NCBI RefSeq assembly: GCF_009914755.1
Contig: NC_060933.1
Length of the DNA stretch: 64,000 nucleotides
Reading direction: 5' to 3' (one strand)
Source of the DNA: the human T2T-CHM13v2.0 reference genome, Homo sapiens
Below are positions 11,758 to 23,285 of the stretch, piece after piece. Under the pieces are notes generated by a model that was not told where the DNA came from, made no database searches, and was given only the letters and a program-made list of their open reading frames with translations. The position numbers and the translations under genes were made by a program. Each line of letters starts with the position of its first letter. Positions within the stretch are counted from its first letter, which is position 1.

Positions 11758-12769
11758 AAACTTTGGTCTCAACCTGTGATAGATCAGAATCCCTATAAAT
11801 TGTTCAGTTATTTTTAAGTAAATAAGTACTCAAACACTATAATTCTTTTCATTATTTTGCTCCTCATCTTTCATCTCTTTATGTCATTTATTCATTAAAA
11901 GACCTAGATTTCAGGTGGTCATTAAATTTCTTTTGGCTAGAGAGCTCCCGTGAATGTTAGACCTTGTGAAAACCCCTAAATACCTTTTATTATAGAAAAC
12001 TGTTACCATGATGCCCTCCCCTTCAAGTCTATAATATATTTTACTTATATCAAGCAAGCTTTCTAATTTCATCTCCCAAGCAGTAAAATTTCCAACAATC
12101 TAGTCACTGTCCCTGGCAGCTCCAGGAAAGTCCTTACACCAACCCCTTTTTCTTGTCAGATATGATGCTTGACACGCCCCCTAATTGCCAGCGTCCCACT
12201 CCTTATGCATAGCCCCCGTGCTCTGGTCCACCCAACTGTCATTTTTCTTCCAGGTAACATCATAAGTGCCAAGTCCCCATCTCCTCTCAAAAGTTCCATC
12301 CCATTCAGAGGTTGCATCAGCAACGTCGCAAGTGATCCAAGCTCCACAGCTCAACTCCATCCATCAAAAGCCTATCCACACACCCCAGCTCTGCACAATG
12401 ACTTGCAGTCATTTCGGTTTTACAGAAAAACTAACCCTTTAGGATATTTGAAGGTGAGGTGGAAGAAGAAAGAAAAAATGGTTACAGACCTGGTCCTGAA
12501 GTCTAATCAAGAATGGTAAAAAATCTCCTCCCAGAAAGGATTTCACATTATCCAGTGACTTTCTAGATGGAGTAAACCACTCAAGGTTAACACTTATTAC
12601 CCTAGAGATAGTCAACAGTGGCTCAGAACCCAGAGCTGTACTTGCACCAAGGCTCCTGCACTATTCTCCCAGTGCATCTCAATCTCCCCCTGTTATACAC
12701 ACACCCACATACACATCTTGCTGAGTTTCAAGCACCTCTAGCACTTAGCATAATATCTGACCCATCATA

Positions 12770-13070
12770 ATAATAGCCAACACTTATCATCCACCATACC
12801 CTCTGCTCAGCATTTTACAAAAGCCTTCCAACCACACTAGAATTAGAACTATTATTATCCTCATTTTATAGATAAGGAAACTTTCACATGTTTATCTCTC
12901 TTATTTATCTCTTTTATTTAACCAGAATCTATAAAGAAGCTGTTCCTGTCCACATTTTTTAGACAAGGAAATTGAATACTAAAGAAATTAAATAACTTGA
13001 ATAATCAAAGCCAGCCATCTGTTCCACGTGGCAGGACAGATTCAAAACCAGGACTCTAACTCTACAATCT
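12770..13070 (-). mobile_element. MIR fragments (two adjacent)
   Basis: attattatcctcattttatagataaggaaact and tttttagacaaggaaattgaatactaaagaaattaaataacttg. Confidence 0.65.
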
Positions 13071-13956
13071 ATGTCTTTTTCATCCTGCAGGAGGAAGGAC
13101 ATCAAAGCAGGGTGTCTTTTTCATCCTGCCTCTCAAGAGTAGTCTGCCATGAGAAATACAAAACCATGCAATTTAATAATCAAAAATACATTTTAAAGAA
13201 AAGAGAAGTAGATGTACTAGATAGCTGGGATGTCTTGGTTGCTACAGTTGAATATTAACTTAACTGTAAGCTTCTGCCTGCCAGCTAGGGCAAAAATTCT
13301 AGGTACTGGACTGGTCCTATGAGTGAGTCAGCATACAACAGCTACGTTGGAGGGTTAACTTTCTCCAGATTCCATTTTTAGGTATGTAATAATAAATGTG
13401 CAATGTCCTGTCCTGATATATTAGAAAGGATGTATTTACTTTAAGCACATGTATCCACATAGAGTTCATAGAACTAATACACACATAGAATATAGGGATG
13501 ATTTGCAAGAACTCCCCCTTATCACAGGATGCATTCCTCCTGCAGAGCATGCAAAGTGTAGAGCAGTGGAGAGAGAAGGGGGTCACCAAGGAAGGCACTA
13601 AAGGAAAAGAATGATCATTTGTTAAAGTATTATGCCATCTCATCCTATCTTCTCAACAGCTAAGTAAAATAAGCATTAATAGTCACGATTTTATACTTGA
13701 TAATGGCAAAGGCTAAGTAATAACTAGAATATTATTTACCTAAAAAATAACTAGAGGAATATAATTTGAGCCTAGATCTATCACCTCCATTTCTTATAAA
13801 TGGAAGATGGGCATCTGGTCCCCATTCCGTCTCTTGCTAGTTGTGTGACTGACCTGAGGCAAGTCACAAAAAAACTCCCTTGATACCTGAGTCATCAGCT
13901 GATAAAAGGGATCACTGGGTTGGTGGAAAAGTAAAAATGAAATAATAGGTAAAACT

Positions 13957-14254
13957 GGCTGGGCACAGTGGCTCATGCCTGTAATCCCAGCACTTTGGGA
14001 GGCCAAGGCAGGCAGATGGCTTGAGCCCAGGAGTTCGAGACCAATCTGGCCCACATCTTAAAACCTCATCTCTAATAAAAATACAAAAATTAGCTGGGCA
14101 TGGTGGCACGTGCCTGTAATCCCAGTTACTCAGGAGGCTGAAGTGGGAGAATCACTTGAACCCAGGAGGCAGAGGTTGCAGTGAGGCAAGATCGCACCAC
14201 TGTACTCTAGCCTGGGCAACAGAGCAAGACTCCATCTCAAAAAAAAAAGAAAAA
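13957..14254 (+). mobile_element. Alu (old S/J type, AluSz-like), A-tail interrupted by SVA
   Basis: Full dimer ggctgggcacagtggctcatgcctgtaatcccagc...agagcaagactccatctcaaaaaa. Confidence 0.97.
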
Positions 14255-14255
14255 G

Positions 14256-15890
14256 CTCCCTCTCCCTCTCCCGTCTCCCATCTCCCGTCTCCCGTCTCCC
14301 GCTTTCCACGGTCTCCCCCTCTCCCTCGTCTCCGTCTCCCGCTTTCCACGGTCTCCCTCTGTTGCCGAGGCTGGACTGTACTGCTGCGATCTCGGCTCAC
14401 TGCAACCTCTCTGCCTGATTCTCCTGCCTCAGCCTGCCGAGTGCCTGGGATTGCAGGCGCGCCGCAACGCCTGACTGCTTTTTGTATTTTTTGGTGGAGA
14501 CGGGGTTTCGCCGTGTTGGCCGGGCTGGTCTCCAGCTCCTGACCTTGAGTGATCTGCCCGCCTCGGCCTCCCTAGGTGCCAGGATTGCAGATGGAGTCTC
14601 GCTCACTCAGTGCTCAATGTTGCCCAGGCTGGAATGCAGTGGCGTGATCTCGGCTCGCTACAACCTCCACCTCCCAGCCGCCTGCCTTGGCCTCCCAAAG
14701 TGCTGAGATTGCAGCCTCTGCCCGGCCGCCACCCTATCTAGGAAGTGAGGAGCGTCTCTGCCTGGCTGCCCATCGTCTGGGATGTGAGGAGCCCCTCTGC
14801 CCGGCCGCCAAGTCTGGGAAGTGAGGAGCGTCTCTGCCTGGCCACCCATCCTCTGGGATGTGGGGAGCGCCTCTGCCCGGCCACCCCGTCTGGGAGGTGA
14901 GGAGCGCCTCTGCCCGGCCGCCACCCCGTCTGGGAACTGAGGAGCGTCTCTACCCAGACGCCACCCCGTCTGGGAGGTGAGGAGCGTCTCTGCCCCGCCG
15001 CCTCGTCTGGGATGTGAGGAGCGCCTCTGCCCGGCGGCGACCCCGTCTGGGAACCGAGGAGCGTCTCTGCCCGGCCGCCCCGTCTGAGAAGTGAGGAGCC
15101 CCTCCGCCCGGCAGCAGCCCCATCTGGGAAGTGAGGAGCGTCTCCACCCAGCCGCCCCATCTGGGAGGTGGGCAGCGCCCCCGCCCGGCAGCCGCCCCAT
15201 CTGAGAGGTGGGGGGCGCCCCCGCCAGGCAGCCGCCCCCTCTGGGAGGTGGGGGGCGCCTCTGCCCGGCCGCCCCGTCTGGGGGGTGGGAGGCCCCTCTG
15301 CTTGGCCGCCACATCTGGGAAGTGAGAAGCCCCTCTGCCCGGCAGCCACCCCATCTGGGAGGTCTACCCAACAGCTCATTGAGAACGGGCCATGATGACT
15401 ATGGCGGTTTTGTCGAATAGAAAAGGGGGAAATGTGGGGAAAAGAAAGAGAGATCAGATTGTTACTGTGTCTGTGTAGAAAGTAGACATAGGAGATTCTA
15501 TTTTGTTCTGTACTAAGAAAAATTCTTCTGCCTTGGGATGCTGTTAATCTACAACTTTACCCCCAACCCCATGCTCTCTGAAACATGTGCTGTGTCAACT
15601 CAGGGTTAAATGGATTAAGGGCAGTGCAAGATGTGCTTTGTTAAACAGATGCTTGAAGGCAGCATGCTCCTTAAGAGTCATCACCACTGGCTAATCTCAA
15701 GTACCCAGGAACACAAACACTGCGGAAGGTCGCAGGGTCCTCTGCCTAGGAAAACCAGAGACCTTTGTCCACATGGTTATCTGCTGACCTTCTCTCCACT
15801 ATTGTCCTATGACCCTGCCAAATACCCCTCTCCGAGAAACACCCAAGAATGATCAATAAATACTAAAAAAATTTAAAAAAAAAGAAAAAA
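14256..15890 (+). mobile_element. Full-length SVA retrotransposon (probably an older subfamily, SVA_A/B/C-like)
   Basis: All domains in order: CCCTCT/CCGTCT hexamers (14256-14350), antisense Alu-like (14351-14715), GC-rich VNTR (~14717-15365), SINE-R/HERV-K LTR-derived part (~15365-15860), AATAAA at 15855-15860, then A-tail. Confidence 0.98.
14717..15365 (+). repeat. SVA VNTR (~35-50 bp GC-rich units)
   Basis: Repeated gcctctgcccggccgccaccccgtctgggaggtgaggagc variants. Confidence 0.95.
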
Positions 15891-15949
15891 GAAAAAATAC
15901 ACACACAAGAAAAAACTGAAAAAGAATAGAGTATTTCATAAATTGTAGC

Positions 15950-16240
15950 CTCCTTACTTCTTATTCATCTTTTACAGCTTAGCTCAAAGTTATTTTCTCA
16001 GAGAAGCCTTCCCCAAGCTTCTTGATAAGATTCAATCCCTATAGTATACCTTTTTCTTTGTTCACCTTATTAGAGTCACAGTTTTCATTGATGCACTTAC
16101 TGAATTGTCTGCCTCTCCAGTCTACAGCTCCATGAAGGCAGAAACCCACCTGGTTTGGCTCAGCATTATTATAACTCCAGTGCTTAGCACAGTGCCTGGC
16201 ATTTAGTAGGCACACAATAAATTTTTGTGGGTTAAATGCA
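15950..16240 (+). mobile_element. L2 LINE 3' end
   Basis: agctccatgaaggcagaaacc...cagtgcttagcacagtgcctggcatttagtaggcacacaataaat. Confidence 0.8.
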
Positions 16241-17254
16241 TCAATATGTTTGTGTTAATGTTAAATTATACATTTTATATCATAAAATATACAATTACAA
16301 TGTATAAAACTTGTAATTATAAAAAGAAAAATTAAAACCCAATTTATTACCTAGGAGCCACACTTTCTAGTCATCTTAACCATCTGGAACTTAAAAGTAA
16401 AAAGAAAAAAATCTATGGGGAAAATGACTGTCATAAAGCCCACACACTTGACTCTTTAGGAGACGTGGATCCACCCTCAAGCCATGATTCAGACAATCGG
16501 GCATAAAATAATGCAGGGAATGACAGCAGCTAGGACACCCGACAGCTATCAAGTGACAGCCAACAGCAGCAGAAGGAGCCAGAGTGTAGAAATGCAGCCT
16601 GGCTCTGCAGTACAGCAGTCTAAAGGCATTTCACTTGGGGGCCACTGTCCCAAGCACCTAGCATCCCCAGGAGACACTCTCTCATCACTTAGTGCAATGG
16701 CTGATGTTCCAGGGAGTCTTCAGGAGAATAAATATAATGTCTAAGACACTCGGTGTATAAGCAAAAAGACACAGTCAAAGATCCCAGAAATGTGTGCCTG
16801 CCAGAGTGAAAAATTAAAACTGTTTCAGCAGTACATAAACTTCCCTAAAACGGAAAAGATGTGTCACCCCATGACTGCTTTGCATAACTAAGGTGTCAGT
16901 GATACATGCTTTCATCAGGTACAGGTTAGAACCAATTATTTGTGTTTAAACTTCTCCTCTCAAGAAGTCTTCACACCTCCTACCAAGGTCTTATAAGTGA
17001 ATCCCAAAACAAACTTCAGAGCACCACTATAAATTCTTATACAAATGACCTAAGTAAGAAATTATTTAGTCCCGATCTCTCCTTACCAAGCTGGAGAAAC
17101 ATGCAACCTAAAGCCAATTTACAATGCAGGAAGGCAGGGGCACAGCCAGCCAGGTGCACACAGAGGATACAGCAAGGTGATAAAGACGAAACTATGATCA
17201 TTTGCAGATTCAAATAAAGGGAATTTCTAAGAGCAGAAAAAATTCTAACCCATT

Positions 17255-17718
17255 GCTAGGTTCACAGCTAAGACCTCCATATGACAGATAAGCATACAGA
17301 TTTATTTACTATAAGTTTTACATGACAGAGAGCCTTCAGACATGAACACCCAGAGAAACAGAGAAATCTATGTATTTTCATACTAAGTTTGATGAAGAAG
17401 TAGATAGTTGTGGAGAACTATAACTGGAGGACAAAAGGGCATGATCTAATGGTAATAAACTGGGAAAATTTTAGCAAGGTCTGTTTCGTTCAAATCCTTC
17501 TTAGTGTGTCTGTGTCTTCCAGGATAAAGATATTCCCTTCCTCAGGGTACAGGGAGGGTACCTCTTATGAACTACTTTACAGGAAGGTCAGAGAATTCAT
17601 TTACGGCCTGCTTTAGGAGAGAAAGGCAAGAGGAAGGTCAGAGAGACTTTCCTACTACTGCTGTTTTCTCCAATACTAAAGTACCATATTTTGGGATCCC
17701 ATGTCCTGAATTCCATCA
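17255..17718 (-). mobile_element. ERV1 (MER4-group, MER31/34-like) LTR
   Basis: ggcctgctttaggagagaaaggcaagaggaaggtcagagagac...accatattttgggatcccatgtcctgaattccatca; subfamily uncertain. Confidence 0.65.
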
Positions 17719-17869
17719 ACTAATTGGTACAAGAACGAGGAAGCCTCCGTGAAAGCCAAGCTAGAAAAGAGGTTTGTTCTCATGGTTAGAGTTCACACAT
17801 ATATTAGCTAATACGCAATATATAATAGTGTGTAATATTACACAACTCTTTGACTACGCTATGTCTCCA

Positions 17870-18179
17870 TTTTTTTGTTTGTTTGTTTGTTTTCTAGATG
17901 GGGTCTCTGGGTCTGTTACCTTGACTGGAGTACAGTGGTGCAATCTCAGCTCACTGCAACCTCTCTCCCTCCTGGGCTCACGTGATCCTCCCACTTCAGC
18001 CTCCCTAGTAGCTGAGACTACAGTTGTGCACCATCATGCCTGGCTAATACTTGTAATTTTTGTAGAGACAGGGTTTCGTCATGTTGCCCAGGCTGGTCTC
18101 CAACTCCTGGGGTCAAGCGATCGGCCTACCTCAGCCTCCCAAAATACTAGGATTACAGCATGAGTCGCTGGGCCCGGCC
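17870..18179 (-). mobile_element. AluJ
   Basis: Antisense dimer ending ...gcccggcc with (TTTG)n tail; degenerate TSD atgtctccatttt / atatctcatttt. Confidence 0.95.
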
Positions 18180-18319
18180 TCATATCTCATTTTCTATATT
18201 TGTAATATGGGAATAGGGTTTTGAGGAGAATTAAACAGCTGATATAAGTAAAGAACAGCAGCTGGCACATAGAAGGCACTTTTCAAGTGTTAGTTATTAT
18301 TATTGTTAATATAATTATT

Positions 18320-18780
18320 ATTATTCAGCAACTAACCCGTTGTTGTGTACTGAGCTAGGCTATTAGCCAGAGCAAGAAAGAAGACAGACATGCAAAGACA
18401 GATGATTAAACAAACAAAAACAGTAACTAGTTTTACGTAAGGGGAAAGGGGAAATTAAAAGGTTGCTACGGCACAAAAAATGGTGGTGAGGGAGCTACCT
18501 TGCTTAGAATGAGCAAGGAAAGCCTCTCTGAGGAGTTAGTATTTAAGATGAGAGGAAGTCAATTGTGCTAATACCAGAAGGAAATTTGTTCCAGGCATAA
18601 GAAAGAGTAAGTGCAAAGACCTTGGAGCAGAAAGAAGCATGGCAAGTTCTACAAACTGTTAGGAGTCCTGATGTGGCTGAGCTGAGTAAGCCAAAGGGAG
18701 AGTTTTGAGTCCAAGGAGAATGGAAAAGTGAGCCAAGGAGAACGGAAGGACAATCTGAGGCTAAAGAGTTCATCCCAGTG
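18320..18780 (-). mobile_element. L2 fragment
   Basis: aaggaaagcctctctgaggag...ccaggcataagaaagagtaagtgcaaagaccttggag. Confidence 0.7.
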
Positions 18781-19049
18781 TCAATGCACTCCAGTTAGGT
18801 CACATGCCCTTTGGAATATAACAGAATTTCTCTTTCTGTCTCTCACTCTCTGACTCCACTTTCCATTTCTATGAACTGTGACAGCAATGCCCATAATACA
18901 GGATCATACTCAGGAGTAATTCTCATACTATTAACCTTCTCTCTTGAGTTTCTTAAATAAACATACTCTCAAAGGTAAACACATGAAATAGATACTGGTA
19001 ACCATTTTGTGAATATCATACTGAATCCTAATAAGAAGAGGTTAGGAAA

Positions 19050-19280
19050 AATAACTAACATTTATCCATCCCCTTCTATGCACCAAGCACTGCTCTAGAC
19101 ACTTAACAGATATGTTAAATCACTTAATTCTCACAGCAACTTTCTGAGGGACCTATCAGTATCTTCATCTTACAGAAAAGATATTAAGCTTAACATCAGA
19201 GATGTTAAGTAACTTGCCCAAGGTGACCCAGCTAATAAGGCAGAACTTGGATTTGAACATAGAACTCTCTGGCTCCACCA
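19050..19280 (-). mobile_element. MIR SINE
   Basis: ttaattctcacagcaac...gatgttaagtaacttgcccaaggtgacccagctaataaggcagaacttggatttgaac. Confidence 0.8.
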
Positions 19281-21984
19281 TTCATTCCAGCAACAGCAAT
19301 TTATTCCATATTAAGCACTTCTCATGAGTTAGACTTTATTTAGTTAGCTCATGCCCATTTCTCTTTGACATTTGGCATTTTACCTTTTTTGTGACCCGGA
19401 GCATAACGGCTAAGAGCCAAGACCTTGGCAGACCCAGCTGAGAAAGGCATTTATCTGTTGGAAATAACAGAAGACACCACAAAGAAGATCTGTAGGAGCT
19501 ACTTCACTAGGGATTTAAGAGTAAATGTTTTACTAAGAAAAGAGAAGTTTAGAGCTTGTGAGCATCTTGCAAACAGGAAGCTAATTTGCTTTATCAATTT
19601 TTGTCTGCTGTGCTTGATCCTTGGGATAATTTGTGAGCCACTGTATCAGCCTCACTTACATTGTAGTCTTTTATCATATGAAAGCAAGATATATTTCTTG
19701 CTGTCAAAACTAATCAAAGCATCTAAAGAAACCAAAGCAACCTTATTTACTTCCTCAGAGATCACAGCAAATGTCCTCCTGGTATTTTTTTTATATACGT
19801 TGTTTTTTTTTGGTTTTTTTGTCCACACATCAGGTCACTTAAATTAAGGACAATATATCTTCATTTCAAATGCTGGTTGATATCCCTTAAATGTTTGCTC
19901 TTTAAAAAAATTTAATTCAAGTCTAAAACTGGCAATAATGGACACTGTATTATTAACGATTTAAATCAAAGTTTAATGCTTTTGACATCACAAAGACACA
20001 GATCCCACATTATAATAACCTTTGCCAAATGAATAGTAAACTAAATACAGGCTTCTGAGACAGCTAATCCTAAAAGGTGTGATACAGATGAGAGTAGTTA
20101 AATATAGCAATTATTGATATATGCTCTCATTCCAATATAGGGGAGGGATAGAGGTTGTTTAATTTTAATATCCCCAGAGGTTGACTTTGCTCGTAACATT
20201 TATAAAATATTGAAAGACAAGAAATGGTACAGATGTGAATTCCGCAGTTGGTTTTTTCAGTTGCCCTTGAAAGCAGCTGCCATAAATCTTGGATGAAGCC
20301 AATAAGGCTGATGATTTTGATCTTCAATTCATTCTTTTCTATCCTTCAAAAGGTAAATGATCCTGATGGAATTAGAGCTAAGCAGAATGGCTTTCTTCTG
20401 TGATCTGCATAGCAAATGATGCGCGCTGCCATCATTAGCAAAGTGGAGCCAGTTCCCTTGTGTGGCTGTGCATGTGCACTCAGGCTTGAACAGCGTTTTG
20501 AGTGAGAAAGACACTTAAACACTGAGCTCAGAAACCTTCCATTTCCCTTCCCTTCCCCCCTTGATTTTACTTCTCCCTTCTGTGTCAGCTCAGCAGAATG
20601 CCAAACTGTGAACTGAATGTATGAGAATCAAGTACAAAGCTCTCCCAATTCCTGCTTTGGCATTTGAAAAAGTCTCAGCAAAAGATTTTTTTTCAGGCTG
20701 ACTCTGAAAAGAGTACTACAAAAAGTTGTAGAAAAGTTATATTTAAGGCAGTTCAAGGCTTCCCTTACAGAAAACACTGGGGCCTTTCCTACTGAAACAG
20801 CTAAGTCAGATGAATCCTTTTCTATCCCTGTGGTGAAACATAATGTGGCTTTCTTAGGTCCCACTCAGTCATATGATACAATAAGACATTGTATCCTGTC
20901 ATTAGGGATGGCGATAAATGTATTTGTGTGGGTTTGCAACTCTGCATCAGACCGCAAGGCAAACCCAGTTAAAACAACCACAGAGAGAATCATCTATCTT
21001 CATAAATTCAGTTGCAAAGAGAAATTCATCATGTTTACTGTCTTTAAGAAAGGAGTGAGTCTTGTAATAAAATGTTCTCTGGTCCAGATTCTTTGTATTT
21101 ATGGGGTCCTTTTCTTTCTGCCTTTCACACAGAGCATGGTATATTCTAAAGCAGTGGCTGTACCTTCATTAGCATAACATAATAAATAAGTTATGTGCCT
21201 TGGAATGAAGAATGTGCTTGGAGAGGGTGAGAAAGGAATATCCCTTCCATGGTAAGTGACATTCTTTAAAAGCTGTAGGTATAAGAAACTGCAGGGCTGA
21301 GCATTCTGAACCAAAAAAAAAGCAAAAGATACAAAGGACCTTTGAAGATATACCCCATCCTTCCCTACGTTGTTACTCCCTAAATTACAGAGAATTTTTG
21401 TGGGAATATGTTCATTTATTCAACAGACATGTATTCAGTATTTCTGTGTGCCAGGTATTGCAAAAACAAGCATCCAAAAATAATAAAATAGTTCTAAAAC
21501 CATTTTTTTTTCATTTTACCTTGAAACACTTTGCTATCGTATGCATGAACATAGACATGAACTCCCATAATATGAAACTGGCCACTTTTCTAAGAAAAAT
21601 GACCCAAAATGGGCTTTTAGGCTCATTGTGATCTTTTTCTCCCTCCCTGGGCCAAAGAAAAGTGATGACAAATGTTGTAAGCCAATCTAGGAGCCAGGGA
21701 AGTTCAAGGGCTAGAAGAATGTTTCTGAGCTACAGTGGTCTGTGAGCACTTTTATGGCCCATTTGTCAGAAGCTTTGTGGGGTGTCCCTCAGCTTTGTCC
21801 TTTAAATTGTATAATTCCATCAATTTCTGCTAGTGTCCTGGAAAATTTATATTATCTTAGCTTTCTTGCCTAGTTTTAAACGATTTTCTAGGAGGAGGGG
21901 TATTTTTCAATTTAGCTTTTATTTATTTTTTTTTTTTTTGATGTCACATTTCAAATAGAGAAGAGGATGAATTCTGGAAATTAG

Positions 21985-22215
21985 TGTGACAGAGCAAGGA
22001 CTCTGGAATCCAATTGCCTATGTGTGAATATTTTCTCTACCTTTTATTAGCTCTGAGTCTTTGGCAAAGTTTTCTAACCTATTATAGCTCATTTTCTTTA
22101 CTTGTAAATTGTGGGTGATAATTCCTACCTCATAGGGTTATGAGAGATTAAATGAGGTAAAACTTGTAAAACACTTGGATGAATGCCTAGCACATAGTAA
22201 GTACACAATAAACAA
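21985..22215 (+). mobile_element. MIR SINE
   Basis: ggactctggaatcc...cctacctcatagggttatgagagattaaatgag...gcctagcacatagtaagtacacaataaa. Confidence 0.8.
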
Positions 22216-22334
22216 AAACTGTAATTACAAACTGGTAAATTTAAATGTAATTCCTAATGGTAAATAAAAAGCTTTGGATGATTTGCAAATATTTAGAAAA
22301 ATTCATGAATACCAAGAACAATGAATAGATTAAG

Positions 22335-23285
22335 AACAAATTTGGCAAACAAATCTCGTTTCATTGTATGATAGGACTAGTAAATTGGAGGGCCCAGGAG
22401 AGCTCCATGATTATGATAGTTGTAGAGTTCCTCCCAAGTCATTTGGTGTAGTCTCTGATTATTACGGTAACCATAATACTCTCCACCAAACCAGAATACT
22501 GTTGAGAGTGAAAAGGTGTGCTATTTAATTATGCCTCAATAGCAGGTGCAAAGCAGAACTTAATGGGGTAAACTGGAACTCTCCTGAGCAAACCAGTCTA
22601 TATGGTCATCCTATCTACAACATCCTTTGAATAATAAGACAATGAGTTTGAGTGGTTAAGTTGACTCGTGTCTAGTTAAACAAACATATCCCAAAGAAGA
22701 TGATTTGTGAAAATTCCAAGAACTCTGTCCTCCCACCTTTTCTCTATAACATTTTCATCAGTGACCTGGATAAAGATATAGGCTGCATATTAATTAAGTT
22801 TACAGGTAGCATAGATTGTAGCAGAATGGCTAATATGAGAGATGTCAGAATACAGAAATAAAATTATCTTTAAAGTGGAACATTAAAGTGAACTCAAGTA
22901 ACTGTATAGAAATAAAATGTGAAGTCCTGGCTTTAGATGGAAAACAATCAATTGCACAAATGGGATGCAAAAAAAACGTTTATATGTTTTATAATGCTTT
23001 GTATGAATAAAAAAAAAGTGCCTACGGGGTTTAGTTGATCGCAAACTTAACATGAACTTTTAAAAGGCAGTCATGTCAGAGCATGCCTTTGCTCTGCTTT
23101 GCATTGGAGAGCTGTAATAGAACCAATAATCTGGAAAAAAAAAAAGCAGATTTTTTATTTCATTGTGAAACAGGCTGACTTGTAAGGAAGTGAAAGAATG
23201 CAACCAAACCATTGTTAAAGTGGATGTTGATGGGATTCTTGCATTGAGGAGACTGGACCAGATGATCCCTAAGGTCCCTCCCAAT
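22335..23285 (+). mobile_element. L3/CR1 LINE 3' portion, interrupted by MER81
   Basis: RT-region remnants (aacattttcatcagtgacctggataaag; ggggtttagttgatcgcaaacttaacatga) and 3' end ggagactggaccagatgatccctaaggtccctcccaa. Confidence 0.7.
22462..22613. mobile_element. MER81-like hAT-Blackjack MITE
   Basis: TIRs tacggtaaccata ... tatggtcatccta; internal tgagagtgaaaagg. Confidence 0.7.

Noticed and set aside
14152-15852. Long ORFs (up to 237 aa) across the Alu/SVA
   Set aside because: Products of GC-rich VNTR and Alu sequence lacking stop codons; repetitive peptides, not genes.
17829-17844. Perfect 16-bp palindrome tgtgtaatattacaca (similarly 43263-43278)
   Set aside because: About one is expected by chance in 64 kb, more in AT-rich DNA.
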